A stretch of 64,000 bases of DNA from Felis catus (lineage: Eukaryota), in the NCBI RefSeq assembly GCF_018350175.1, contig NC_058372.1:30442001-30506000 (forward strand). Reading direction: 5' to 3'. The first letter of the stretch is position 1; each line of letters starts with the position of its first letter. A program made the translations under genes and the position numbers. Below, in pieces: positions 49,130-61,912 of this stretch. The notes under the pieces were generated by a model, which was not told where the DNA came from, searched no databases, and saw nothing but the letters and a program-made list of their open reading frames with translations.

Positions 49130-49560
49130 TATGAATCCTACAAAGCGGCCCGACCGGGACCCGAGCACGCAGCTGAGACGCGGCCTCCGCAAGGTCAGGC
49201 CAGAAATATCTTGGGAGATCCTCGTCTCGAGGCCAAGCGCGGGCCTGCCTGGGGATCCAGGCGTCCGGGCGCTGTGCGCTGCGACCCCTCCCGTGCCCGG
49301 CGTCGGGGCCGCGGCCTCACCAAGCCTTCTGGAGCCGCAGAGCCCGGAAGCAGCTGCACCGGGGCTGGAGGGACAGACGGGGGCGGAGCCCGAAGCTCGC
49401 GGGGCGGACCCTGCGGATCCACCGCCCCCCGCGCCCCCGCGCCTTTAGTACGCGCCACTCCGCAGGGCGCGAGTGGAGATCAGGCAGGCCCAGGGCCTGA
49501 GTGTAAACCTAGCCCCCCGTTTTCGTCGCCCACAGGTGCTCCCCTAAACTCGCCCGCTCC
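49130..49560 (-). promoter_or_regulatory. C6orf47 CpG-island promoter
   Basis: CpG-rich with GGGGCGG boxes and CCGGAAG, 0.6-1 kb upstream of the ATG. Confidence 0.7.
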
Positions 49561-50567
49561 CTTTAGTCCCCTGCCCTTTGGTTCTTCCCTGCAACACCCC
49601 CCACCACCACCACTCCTTCTCATGTCCAGGACTTCATGGAAGGGTTTTCCGAAAAAGAAAGGTGCTTTTCTGGGACTCGCGTAGCTCTTCCCTGCCGTTC
49701 TACGCAGATTTTACTTCCTGGATCTGACAATAGTGAGCTCTCCATGTGCCTGGCACCTGGCATGAGCAGCGGGAAGGAGGGGGAAAGACAAGTGCAGACA
49801 AACAGAATGTGCTGCTTGCCCTGTTTTCAGATAGTAAAATGAAGAACCTTGACTTAAAGGTTACATTTGGGAGGCCAGAGTTCTGGCTCTAGGTTAGCTA
49901 ACATAGTAGAGGATGTATATTCCTAGGCCCTCCCACCCATTGGCCTCTTCCTGCAAGATCCTACCTACTCTCATGACCTCTGTCAGCCTTCCCAGGTTTC
50001 CCCTAACACCATGCATTTTATATTGATCACATAGCCACCTCCTCCTCTATGAGCAATTAGAAGGTTGGGAATTTTTTTTATTACTCTTCTTAGCACGTAG
50101 TATACGAACTTGTTTAAAATCAGTGATTGAATAAAAACAATGATTGAATTGGCTAGAGTAGTCAGGAGATCCTTCCTGGGGTAGGTGAGACTTGCATAGA
50201 ACTTGGGCCATTCCTGGTTCAGGGGATTCAAAGAATAGGTGGGGCATTCCAGGCAGGAGCTAGGATGTGGAAGCAAACCAGACTGGCAAGGAGGTGACCC
50301 TATTATGCCACCTGGCTGAGGTGGGACTTGCGTGTGGCCCCTAGACTTGTTTGGTTTTCCCACAATAGCTTCCAGAAAAGTGAATAAAACACAAAAGAGG
50401 GAAAAGATTGATTTATTTTTCAATGCTCAGCCCCTCTCTCCCAAAGGCAGAGCCCACTAAACAAAACCTGAGGATCTAGAAACTGGGCAGACCCCAGGAA
50501 GTAAAAGCCAAAGTGCGTATGTCCAAGTTCAGACTTAGCAATAGACCATGATCAGACCTTACCAAGG

Positions 50568-52162
50568 TCACAACTCAAGGTTCATGTATGTCCTTAGGTC
50601 CCGCTCCCAGGCCCTGTCCTTCTCCTTCTGCTTTCTTTCCTCCCTGCGGCTCAGTGTGGTCACCCGAGGGGTTCTCTCCCTCCCAGCCACAGCCCGAGTA
50701 TCCCGAGCCAGGAAGTGTGTGACTCGGGGTTGGGGCACTGATCTGTAGCCTAGTCCTTCTTGGTCCCTCTTGAGGGCAGTGGGGATGGGGTTGGTGCGGC
50801 CCTCACCCCGGGGTCCCAGCCCCATTCCAGGCTCCCAGCCTCCCCTCAGCAGCAGCTTGAAGCCTGGGCTGGAGGTGGGCACCCCAAGGGGCAGGTTGGG
50901 GGACCTGAGATCGCGGGACAGTGACAGCAGGTGAGCAGTGGATGTACAATGGTTAGAGTCTTGGAAGTGGGCATCGCAGGTCTCACAGTACCGGGGGGAG
51001 GGTGATTGTGACCTGCAGAGAAAAAAGAGAAAGAGTTGAGGGCAGGGGAAGGGTTGAGGCCTCAGAGGGGGGTGGCAAGGTGGGAAGTCCTTCTAGTCTT
51101 TCTGTTAAAAAACAAATTGCCTTCCAATCCACTTAGCAGTGAGGGACCCAGAAGGGAACAGCTAGGAGAAGAAATAGCAACCAGGCTTCACAAGCTCTTG
51201 GCAAAGCATAATTATTTATAAGGCACTTATTATACGGGAAGCATCGTTCTAGTACTTTACATATATTGGTCCATTAAATCCTAACAACCCTACAACAAAA
51301 GTGATCTTATTGCCCCCATTTCTCAGATAAAGAAAATGAGGGACATAAAAATTAGATTAATTGCCCAAGTAAGTAGTCAGAATTTGGACCCAGGGAGATC
51401 ATGTTCATTACTACTCTACTACACTGCCTTATCAGCCTACACTGGGGGATCGGGGAGAGAACCCTTCAGCTCTGTTCTGGACCCTCTGGTATAGAGGGGC
51501 TAGGAAAGAGAGAACACACTGAAAGAGGCATGGGCTAAGGCTTCCCCTCACCGGTTCTCTGGACTCCTTGTCTCTCCATGGCTCTCTCTGACCATGCGGG
51601 CCACCTCAGGGAAGCCTGCTTCTTCAGCCAGCTGAGCAGCATCCTTGCCACCCAGCTCACAGACCCCTACCCAGGCAGCTCCACGGCCCAGGAGATAGCG
51701 CACAGCAGCTCCCTGGCCTGCTCGAGCAGCACACATCAAGGGGGTCCACCAGAAGGCATCCCGAGCATTGATGTTGCCCCCAGCTCCCCCTGCCTCACGG
51801 GGATCCAACAGCCTTCTTAGTTCTGCTAGGTCGCCCTCTTGGGCTGCCCTCAGTATCCACTGGGTCATTTTGTCCTCCGCCTCAAGGGATCTCCTTTGTC
51901 CATGTCCTCCTGAGGTTCCTGCAGCAGCTTCCCTCATTATTCTTCTCTTCTTCCTCTTTCTCTTACTGGCAGGTTCAGGCTGAGATCTCTGGGCTTCAGG
52001 GGCACTGCTTTCGTCGCCAATCAGGGCCTCATAGAACGCCCGGGCTGCAGCCCCATCCAGGGTGGGCTCCAGCTCTTCAGGCTGTGACTGCTGCTGCCCA
52101 TCTTTCCAGAGGTCACTGGCACTGGTGGCCGGGGTGAAGGTGATGAGGGAGGGCCTGGACAT
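50568..52162 (-). CDS. GPANK1: G-patch domain and ankyrin repeats 1 (BAT4), 351 aa
   Basis: Coding exons 52162-51552 and 51012-50568 (1056 nt). [13 protein letters not shown], ankyrin [40 protein letters not shown]-patch [27 protein letters not shown]. Candidate polyA signal at 50412-50417. Confidence 0.95.
51210..51430. mobile_element. MIR relic in a GPANK1 intron
   Basis: ATTTATAAGGCACTTA...TGCCCCCATTTCTCAGATAAAGAAAATGAGG...TTGCCCAAG. Confidence 0.6.
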
Positions 52163-53169
52163 GGCTCTTGGGTAAACTGGGAGGATGAGACTAGACAAAG
52201 GGAGGCTGAGACAAGCAAGCCAATCGCTTCGTGGCTCTGCATTGACCAGAGCCACCTCCGGAGACCTGCTGGGATGAGGAAAAATACCCTTAAAGTCAAA
52301 AAACCCTCTCACTCCCTAAGTGAGCCCACAACCTAGGACTCTGCAGGGCCTAAGGACCATAGGTCATGTGGAAAAACAGAACCCTACAATAACAGCCCAT
52401 GCCCCTTACTAAAGGTTAATTTAACAAAGACTCAGTGAGAGTTGCCACCAACCCCATCCTCAACAACAATAAATAAAAACAGCTTCTATCTAAAACTGTT
52501 TGACCACCAGTTAAGACATACCATTAAGGAAACAATCAGCCTGGCCCTTTAAATCTTCCTTGATCCTATGGTCGGGGTATTCTTCCCAAACAAGAACAGA
52601 CTTTAACACTTCTACGGAAGCAAGAAGCTGATTTAAGGGAGAAGCTCCAGTCTTGGTAGTCTCCGTACGGCAAATAGCACTACTTTAAGCAAAGAAGCTG
52701 ACGATCAAATAGCCACACGACCCCTAACACGCATGCGGGACTGGAAAAAAACAACAAAACGACACAAAACATTACTTGAGGACGCAGGCCTGTGCTAAGC
52801 GCCAGGTTCAGCTTCCCCACCCCGGGACCTTTTCCAGAGCATCCGCTCAAAATGCCACGTGCTTAAGTAGCGCGAGGACAGTCTGTCGGTTGGGGTCCTA
52901 CTTTTACATAACGCCCCCACAATGCCTCTTGCCTCCCTGAACGTGGCCCCCTCTCCGAGCTCATTTTTTGGAACTGGGAAACCACTCTCTGAGTTAAGGA
53001 AGGCTCTGAGTTGGCGGAAGGAAACCTGTGGAATGTACAGAAGCTGTGAAATGAAATAACATCACCCTGCCCCTCACCATTATTCTGACCAGGGTTCGAA
53101 GGTCATACTTAGTGCCCGCAGCATAAGGCTCCCTTCAAGCCCTAAGAGGAAATGGGAGAAGTGCAGGGG

Positions 53170-54060
53170 GACGAGCAACAGAATGGCTGGCGCCACCTCA
53201 GGTTAGAGCACGGGGCCGTCCCGGTTCTCACATCGCTCACCTCAGCCGAGCCCACCCTACCGAAGTCCCTCAGCAGGGAGCCCGGCCTCACCTCCCGTCC
53301 GAGGAGACCAGACCCCGGGGTGAAACACAAAGTTCCCCCCACCCCGCCCTCACCGCGAAGCCTCCAGTGGCGGGCCTAACTCGGGCGAGGGGCTCGATAG
53401 GCAATAAGGACCGGCCGGTTAGCCGGGGATGAGGTCAGTCCCCTGAGTAGGAGGAGAGCGCCTGGGATACAACCTCGCTGCGCGAGGGGAGCTGCAGGAA
53501 ACCAACCAGCCAGCCAGCCTCGTTCACTTCCCCGCCCCCTCACGGCCCCTCAGTCGCGGGATCCTACGACTATATTTCCCAGGCTCCCCGGCCCAGAACG
53601 GGTACTGGACTTCCGCTTCCGGTGGCACCCCGCTGCGCTCGCCCCCGAGCGTCTGGCTCAGGGGCCTCGCGACACAAGGGTCGTGCTTGGGTCATTCTGG
53701 GATTCGTAGTTCACCTCTCCCTCGCTTCGCCAGTTTCTTTTTACCGGGGACTCCATCTCCCGGCGTTCGCTGCGGCGCCCGACCCTTAGCGCTTGCGCGT
53801 TGCCCTCTCCCCACCCTCCCCGATTTCCACTCCCCCCACCCCACTTCGCCTGCCGCGGTTGGGTCCGCGGCCTGCGTTGTAGCCGTCGCGGTTTCTTGGA
53901 AGCGGCAACTCCCCCTCCCCCACCCTGGTCCCGGTCCCCGTCCAGCTGGTGAGTCTGAGGTAGTCGCCGCGCCTAGCCCCCTGCCCTTAGGCGCGGCACA
54001 TGGGGTCTCCGCGCCTTGATGTGGGGGTGGGGAAGGAAGTGACCCGGTCCGGAACCGGGG
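53170..54060. promoter_or_regulatory. Bidirectional GPANK1/CSNK2B CpG-island promoter
   Basis: ZNF143-type motifs at 53568-53583 and 53697-53710 flank tandem ETS ACTTCCGCTTCCGG at 53609-53622; CSNK2B exon-1 donor CTG|GTGAGT at 53948; candidate GPANK1 donor at 53241. Confidence 0.8.
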
Positions 54061-54569
54061 GAGAGAGGGATGGCCTGAGGGGCGGAGGTGGCATGTGGGG
54101 ACTCCTGTGAAAGGGACTTCACGGCCACCCCCAGGCCATGAGAGAAAAAGGGTCCCAGCTCTTGCACGGAAAGGATAAACTTCGGGACCCTTGGGAAAGG
54201 CGCCAGGGACATGCAGAGACCGTCGGGGTAGGGAGCTCGAGCCTGGGGCTCTGCTGGAGTTGACAGGAAGGGAGAGTGGGCTGGTCTTCTGGAGCGATAG
54301 GGATGTGGGTAGGACTGGTGGGTCAAGACCTGTCGGTTTCTTGAAAGCGGTGGGACTCCAAAGAATCTCTGATCTCAGAGAAAAGGGGCTGAGATGTGAA
54401 TAAGAGGGGCCGGAGAGAGGTGCTGTAGAGTCTGGGATCCTTTAAGAAAAGGTTGCCCCAAATTCTTCCATGGTTAGAGATCTAAGTGTGGGAGGAGGGA
54501 GGATACCAGAGGCAAGGTGGGAGAGCTTGGACTTAACTTACACTCTCTTTTTTCCCAGCTGACGTGAAG

Positions 54570-57500
54570 ATGAGCAGCTCAGAGGAGGTGTCCTGGATTT
54601 CCTGGTTCTGTGGGCTCCGTGGCAATGAATTCTTCTGTGAAGTGAGTTCTCAGTCTCCCAGCTGTCTCTACACAAAGTTTGGCATTATATTTTCCCACAT
54701 ATTTAGCTTCCACACGCTTCTCTTACAGGCTTCCATAGAAACTTTTCCTGTCAAGGAAGAGTCCCGTCAGTAACTCCCCTCACTAATTTGTGAAGTGGCA
54801 AGACTTCCCAGGTCCCAAACCTGCTACCTTCTGTAACATGGGACAAGTCAACCCTTTTATTGTTATTAAAGTTATTATTAGACTGGTACTGGGAGTGCTT
54901 CCCGTTGGAGTCTATTAGAATTAAAATGTCACATGTGAAAATGCTTTGTAATGTGGAAAGTTGTCTACTAATAATATAAAGGATTGTAACTATCCACAGG
55001 ACTGAAGCTGTTGAGTCTCCACTTTCCTTAGAGACCTAGCTGCTCTTAAGGAGAGGACAAAACTGGTTCCTAGGGATGAGGGCAGGAGTAGGAACAGGGG
55101 TTTTGAAAGGAATGTCTCTTTAAGTAGGAGATTGTTGTAGCTGCTTATCTATAGAAAAGAAAAGCTAAAGCTTTTATGGGAAGGCTATGTATCTGAACTG
55201 GGGAGAGAGACTCAAGTACTTCTGCTGAGCTGGGGTTGAGGAATAAGGGGAAACCAAAGCAGTTGTGTTAAGAATAAGGCACCAGTTAGAGCAACGTGCC
55301 CAAGTCAAAGCTGAGGATTCTGCTGTGGGTTTCATCTTGACTTCCACATCCTGACAGGTGGATGAAGACTACATCCAGGACAAATTCAACCTCACTGGAC
55401 TCAATGAGCAGGTGCCTCACTATCGACAAGCTCTAGACATGATCTTGGACCTGGAGCCTGGTGAGGCACCCTCAGTGTTGTTTAGTGTATATATGTTCGT
55501 GGTTTTGTTTTTTGTTTTTTGTTTTTTTCATGTTCCTGTTTATCTGCTTCTTGGATTTCCATATTTCTTTTTGGTTCTCTGTCTTTATCCAAAGTCCCCT
55601 ACTTCATTTTGGTCTCCCATCTGACTCTTGCCCAGTTTTGTGACTTACACCTCCTGTTCCCACACTCTGGTCCTGTAACTTGGCTCTGTCTCCTAATGCT
55701 AGTTTCTCCTTGGGTCACCTTTCCTGCTTTTTTTTTTTTTTTTTTTTTTTTTTTTGCCTTTTCACCTTTCAGTTTCATCTTCTGCGTTGACATCTTTGCA
55801 TTTATGTGTTGAGGAGGGGTTGGGAGGGAGAGAGAGCAGAGGCTGAAGAGATGTGGAAAGAAGGCAGAGCTGCCTTGGGTTGGTGGAAGGGTCAGAGGCC
55901 CAGGTTTCTGGGTCAAATGCTCAGGTGATGGGTGACTTAAAGATGGGTGCGGGGCACACTGAGTAGCTGGCAATCCCTGGCAGTGGGTGGGGCATCTAAG
56001 AAAGCTGTAAGACAAGTGGTTGCAATTGGCCGGGGCTATGTTTCAGATGAAGAGCTGGAAGACAACCCCAACCAGAGCGACCTGATTGAGCAGGCAGCCG
56101 AGATGCTTTATGGATTGATCCACGCCCGCTATATCCTCACCAACCGTGGCATCGCCCAGATGGTGAGGCCTCTCTGCTCCCACTTGACTCCTCTGAGGCA
56201 ATAAGGGAAACAGAGGTTCCTGCAGCACGGGAGTCAAACGTTTCAACCTTGTCAAGGAATGTAGCCAAGAAGAGGGGAAGAACCCCACAACCTGGCCCTG
56301 GGAATTAAATCCTAATTGGGGTTTGTGCTGACTGAGGTGTTTTTGGGGAGGGAGACATGACCTTGGACAGGGAGTTGTTGCAGTCTGCCTTTTCCTTAGG
56401 GAACAAACAGCGAATGGCTCTGATGGTCTGTTCCTGCCTAACTGGAGGAAAGGAAGCAGAGGAGTATGAGGGCCTGTCTGGGCCTGCTTAGAAGGGGTCT
56501 CTGGACAGAGGCAGGAGTTGGGGACAGAGTGACATGGCTTGGGCTGAGGAGGGGATTGCCTCTTCTCTTTGTACCTACCTACCAACCCCTTTCATTTTAT
56601 TCACCTCAGTTGGAAAAGTACCAGCAAGGAGACTTTGGCTACTGTCCCCGTGTGTACTGTGAGAATCAGCCAATGCTTCCCATCGGTGAGTGTTAGAGAA
56701 GGGGAAGGAGGCCACATCAAATGGCAGGTCCTCTGGGAAGGAGTTGGGGTTCAGCAAGTCGGGGCCTCTGTGTGGGAGGGAGGTTGGGCAGGGTTGGGGA
56801 TGCCCGGCCTGCTGAGTCTGGCTGTCTCCCAGGCCTTTCGGACATCCCAGGTGAGGCCATGGTGAAGCTCTACTGCCCCAAGTGCATGGACGTGTACACA
56901 CCCAAGTCATCGAGGCACCATCACACGGACGGCGCCTACTTCGGCACCGGTTTCCCTCACATGCTCTTCATGGTGCACCCTGAGTACCGGCCCAAACGGC
57001 CCGCCAACCAGTTTGTGCCCAGGTGGGGAGCAGGGCTAGAGTCACTATGGGTCGAAGGAAAGGTTCGGGATTCCCCAGAGAGAAGGGAGGACAGGGCATG
57101 GTCCTTTCTTGAGGTTTGCTTCTCCCACAGCGAGTGACCTTGGGGAAGGTATTTGATTGCCTGTGCCTCAGTTCCCTTATCCATGAAACGGGGGTGATGA
57201 CAGTACCTGCCTGACGGAGTGTATTTAAATATACCTGACAGAGTATATTTAAATAGTGAGTTGCTTTGAATAACATTTGGCACTGGAAGTACCATTTAAA
57301 CGATAACTTTTTGCCATCATCTCGGGCGCTCAGCCTTTGCCAGGAGAAAGTGTGGTTTATCTTCCTGGAACATCATGTGTACTGGGAAGAACAGTTTGGT
57401 GTTCTTTTGAAACAAGTGCACACAGAAGCAAGCAGTCACATTCCTGTATGTGTGTGTATGTTTACGTATATCCTAGAGTAAGAGTTTTAATGGCTGTTTA

Positions 57501-57754
57501 AGGTACATTTCCCAGTATTCTGGAGGGAAGATGTTTGGGAACCACTGTCCTTAAGCACTTAGCAGACCCATGGAGAAGCTGGGGTGGGGAGGGGGAAATG
57601 CAGGCCACTGGCAGGGCCAGAGTGGGGCTCACCCTACTGCCTCTGATCTGTGCCCTGGCCCAGGCTCTACGGTTTCAAGATCCATCCAATGGCCTACCAG
57701 CTGCAGCTCCAAGCCGCCAGCAACTTCAAGAGCCCAGTCAAGACGATTCGCTGA
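54570..57754 (+). CDS. CSNK2B: Casein kinase II subunit beta, 215 aa
   Basis: Exons 54570-54641, 55358-55460, 56047-56162, 56610-56685, 56833-57022, 57664-57754 (648 nt). [36 protein letters not shown]...CPRVYC...CPKC...[11 protein letters not shown]. Confidence 0.99.
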
Positions 57755-57874
57755 TTCCCCACCCAACCTGTCCCTCTGCCTTTAACACCTCTATTCCTTT
57801 GCTGCCACCCTTTCAGGAACCCTCTATGGTTTTTAGTTTAAATTAAAGGAGTCATTATTGTGGTGGGAATATGA

Positions 57875-57880
57875 AATAAA
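57875..57880 (+). terminator. CSNK2B polyadenylation signal
   Basis: AATAAA, plus ATTAAA at 57842-57847. Confidence 0.8.
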
Positions 57881-58743
57881 GTGGAAGAAAAGGCCATGAG
57901 CTGGTCTGCTGGTGCTTGGGGATGGGGGATGGGAGGGTAGTGCTGTGTTTGATCCCAGGGGCCCTCATGGCCCAGCCCACCCTCAAGTTGAAAACCAGCA
58001 CAGATTTGTGCCCAGTGGATTTGGGTGATGTTTTTAGCAGTAGAGCAGAACTAGTAGTGGATGCGGAGATGTGCAACGTCACATGGAAAAGACCTAGGGG
58101 AAAATCCACTTTCAAAGACTGGAGACATAATTCTTTTTTGGCCACCTATGGCTGTACATTTATACTGTAAGGAGTATAATCAACAACAAAATATTACGGT
58201 TTTGATTTTACAGGGAAAGTGGTCCTGAAATAAATAGAACGGTAAGGGGTGGAAAGAGGGACCAGGTCCAGAGTTGCTGCTCGGTGGTGTCTGTGCGCCC
58301 CCTGCTGGGGGAGCTGACACGCTCATCTCAGAAGGACAGGGACCCTGGGCGCCTGGCCCAAGTGTTTCCCAGCACGGTAGGGACTCGCTGTATGTGTGGG
58401 GAGGACAGCAGGTGGTACCAGAGACAGACACTGGTCCATGGACCCTTGAGGTGTGGGAATAGATTTTTTCAGGGCATGAGAGAGACAGATAGACAACTGG
58501 ATAAAGGCCCAGGTGTTGTTCTTGTGTAGGCCACTGTTCCCACGTCCAGGAACCTGACCTTGTGGGTGAGGACGTGCCGTCCCTCCAGCCAAGTTAATAA
58601 CTTCCTCCCCCAGCCAAGGAATATAGCTCTACGTCTACAGCAGCTCCTGCTCAAACTATCAAAATCACCCTGCAAGGAACATGGTCACAGGAAGGTGGGA
58701 TTTCAGGATACCCCTCAGGGACTGCCCTTCTCAGAATTCCATC

Positions 58744-59772
58744 ATGAAGTTCCATGTACTTGTAGGTGTGCTGGTCATGGTGGGCTTCGCAGTGGGAAAG
58801 GGTAAGTGGGGCCCAGGGGCAAGGAGGGAGGGGTGACTGAGTCCAGGAAGGGCGGGGGATGCTGTAGCCCTCGGTTCACAGGCTCCCTGCAAGGCAGAGA
58901 ACTTGGAATGAGCCAACATTCCCATCCTTCCTGTTTTCTGCTTCCCCAGCTCCTGTTTCTGAAGTCCGGACCTGTCACCTCTGCCTCTTAGAAGACCCTT
59001 CTACAGGATGCATTTCAGGCTCAGAGAAGTGCATCATCAGTAGCTCGTCGCCATGCATGGTGATAACCATCTATTATGGTGAGTCAAGTCCCAGGAGGGA
59101 GCTGCTGGTGGGATAGCCCGTGGCTTGGTCTCCTCTCCTCTGATAGATGAGGGCTGCTTAGGGCCTGGGGTGCAAGAAGAAGACAGGAGGATCCTGAAAA
59201 GAGGAGTCTGGGGTTCTCGGGGGTCAGCTAAGCCAATTTTTCTGGCCCATTCTGAAGGAGTCTGGGCTAGAAGTCAGGTCTGGGTGAGGGATGGGGAGAG
59301 TCTAGGGTGAGGATACCAGGTTTGGGGACCATGGGAGGCAGCAGAGGTATTAGCTGTTCCCTCTTCTCCAGATACCAAGATACGTTTCTTCATCCGAGGC
59401 TGTGGACAGTACAATTCTTACCGCTGCCAGGAAAAACGCAATACCTACTTCTCGGAGTACTGGTACCAGGCCCAGTGCTGCCAGTACGATTACTGCAACT
59501 CCTGGTCCAGCCCCCAGCTCCAGAGCTCCCTGCCTGATCCCCCTGCTGGGGCCTTGGCCCTGCCCCTGTCGGAGTTCCAAATCCAGTGGTTCTACAAGGC
59601 TCTGAACCTCTCACTGCCCCTACCCACCTTCCGTGCTGGGAAGGAGCCTGAAGGCCTCGACCCCCTGGCCACCCTGCCCCTGAACCTGAGCTTGTCCATC
59701 GCTGACCTGCGCCACATATACTTGTCTCTCAACAGCTCAGGACTTTTGGTTCTTCCCTGGGCTGGGCCCTGA
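58744..59772 (+). CDS. LY6G5B: Lymphocyte antigen 6 family member G5B, 195 aa, signal peptide plus 10-Cys LU domain
   Basis: Exons 58744-58801, 58950-59078, 59372-59772 (588 nt). MKFHVLVGVLVMVGFAVGK...TCHLCLLEDPSTGCISGSEKC...CCQYDYCNSW...LPWAGP*. Largely missed by the ORF track because the exons are short. Confidence 0.93.
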
Positions 59773-59917
59773 TGCCTTATCCTTCTTGGATTTTACTCTT
59801 CCAGCATCTCTCTCCTAACACCCCAGCACCTAGTGCTGCCCTCCTAGAACTCCCACATTCTCTGGTCTGTGATTTTTCAGGCCTCCCTTCCTCTGTGCTT
59901 CCAGCATCTGTATGGCT

Positions 59918-59962
59918 GGAAATGTAGGAAATGTAGGTTTGTAGGAAATGTAGGAAATGTGG
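59918..59962. repeat. (GGAAATGTA)n short tandem repeat in the LY6G5B 3' UTR
   Basis: About five imperfect units, seen directly. Confidence 0.75.
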
Positions 59963-60469
59963 GTTTCATTTCCTTCCCAGAAACCGCTGTGGCACTGCAC
60001 CAGTACTCTTCTTTCTCCTAGAAAATACCAAGTTCGCTTTCTGCCCAGGTTGACCTAGGGAAGGCACAGTGGTTTCCTCGTGCCTTTCCCATCTTCTGAG
60101 TCCATCAGCCCCCTCATCTTTCCAGTCCCCTGTCAGTCCGGCCACCTGCTATCTCCATTCAGGTCTGGTTGTAGATTGCAGCCCATGCCTATCTTAAGAC
60201 CCAGACTGAAGTTGTAGCAAGAAGAATGAAGCGTAGACATCTGTGCAGATTTCCTGACTAGGCACTCTGGTGTCCCTACTTCACTGCCTCCACCTCTACT
60301 CCTGCCCTGGTTCCCTGCTTCTCTCCTTTTGCCACCATCTCTGGCCTCCTCAGCCCCCCTTCACATCACTGAGTCCTGACACCCACTTCCATAGGTTCTA
60401 GGGGAGAGGAGAGGCGAGGGTCTGCCCTGCTCTGCACTATATCTCCCGCTTACTCTCCAGAACCTCCAC

Positions 60470-60475
60470 AATAAA
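60470..60475 (+). terminator. Probable LY6G5B polyadenylation signal
   Basis: First AATAAA I found downstream of the stop codon. Confidence 0.6.
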
Positions 60476-60695
60476 TGGACTGGGCTAAGTCTGTGTCACA
60501 CTGTTGATGGGGTCAGGCTCAGATATGGACAAGTGTAGACCTGTTAAAGTTAATTGGGCATGGGGAGCAAACAGTTTACAGCCTGGCCCACTCCACTTGG
60601 CCTTTGTGGCTTTCTCATGGCCTGCCCCCAAAGGGCTTGTATCCATCCACCTTCTGATTAGCTAGGACTTCTCCCAGCCTTTAACTTACTCCACA

Positions 60696-60812
60696 GGGGC
60701 ACCTGTCTGGCTCAGTCAGTAGAGCGTGTGACTCAATCTTGGGGTTATAAATTTGGACTCCACATTGGGTGTAGAGATTACTTAAAATCTTTAACAAAAC
60801 AAAACCAAAAAA
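60696..60812 (+). mobile_element. Short old Can-SINE
   Basis: GGGGCACCTGTCTGGCTCAG...GTAGAGATTACTTAAAA. Confidence 0.8.
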
Positions 60813-61436
60813 CTTTGCCCTACAAAACCTAGAGAATTAAACCCTGGTTACATTGGCTTTTCCATCTAACAGAGGAGGAAAAACTCTCCTTTAAACCAGA
60901 AAAACTCAGGAGCAAACCAAAGGGTCCAGGCCTGTATCTGAGAGTCCCCTGGTGCTGAGGAACCTGGGTTCTTGCCTGTTCTTTCAGGATCCTGGCACCC
61001 AGGACCACCTCTTTAGGGAGCTAGGTTTGGGGGTTGGGGATGTTCACAAATTATACAGGTGAGGCTGCAGTTTAGGTCTTTGACTTTAATGTTTTATTTT
61101 TGGAAAACTACAAGCCTACAGAAAACAGTAGTGAACATTCATAACTTTCTTCATACATGCAGTTAAACACACTGTTCTGGGTGTGGTGTTATTGAGTACA
61201 GCCAGGTGCCCACCCTTCTGAATCTCACAACCCAGTGCTGGGGTTGTGAAACCTTTTTCTAAAAAGCAGTGTGCACTTTGTGGTTGGGGGACCCAATTCC
61301 AGCTCCTCTGCCACTTGGGTAAGTTGGTTTCTGTCTCACTTTGGAAATAGACACATGGGACAAAGGTACCTACAGATTGTAGCATTTATGTATGTATGTA
61401 TTACTACTACTTAAAAAAAAAATGTTTGTTTATACT

Positions 61437-61652
61437 GGCGCCTGGATGACTCCGTTGGTTAAACATCCGACTCTTGGTTTCAGCCCAGGTCATGATCTCA
61501 CAGTTCGTGAGATTGAGCCCCACGTCGGCTCTGCTGACAGCATGGAGCCTGCTTGGGATTCTCTGTGTCTCTCTCTGCCCCTCCCCCACTCATTCTTTCC
61601 CCTCACCTCTCAAATCCATAAACTTAAAAAATAAAATAAAACTTTTATTCAT

Positions 61653-61687
<35 letters not shown>

Positions 61688-61912
61688 CCCAAGCAGGCCC
61701 TGTGCTGGCAGCACAGAGCCCAATGGCAGGGCTCAAACTCACACCACGAGATCATGACCTGAGCCAAAACCAAGAGTCAGACACTTAACCAACTGAGCCA
61801 CCTAGGTGCCCCACTACTTTTTAAAGTAATCTCTATCCCCAATGTGGGGCTTGACTCACTACCCCGAGTTCAAGAGTCACATGCTCTACCAACTGAGCCA
61901 GCCAGACACCCC
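61437..61912. mobile_element. Can-SINE trio: + (~61437-61640), - (~61645-61812), - (~61820-61912)
   Basis: Tail-to-tail pair followed by a short antisense element. Confidence 0.85.

Noticed and set aside
52163-52312. 50-aa N-terminal extension of GPANK1 in the ORF track
   Set aside because: It starts at GTG upstream of the likely acceptor (52265); the recognised N-terminus is MSRPSLITF at 52162.
57210-57255. 24-bp-period duplication in CSNK2B intron 6
   Set aside because: A local slippage duplication at a MIR relic, with no functional signal.
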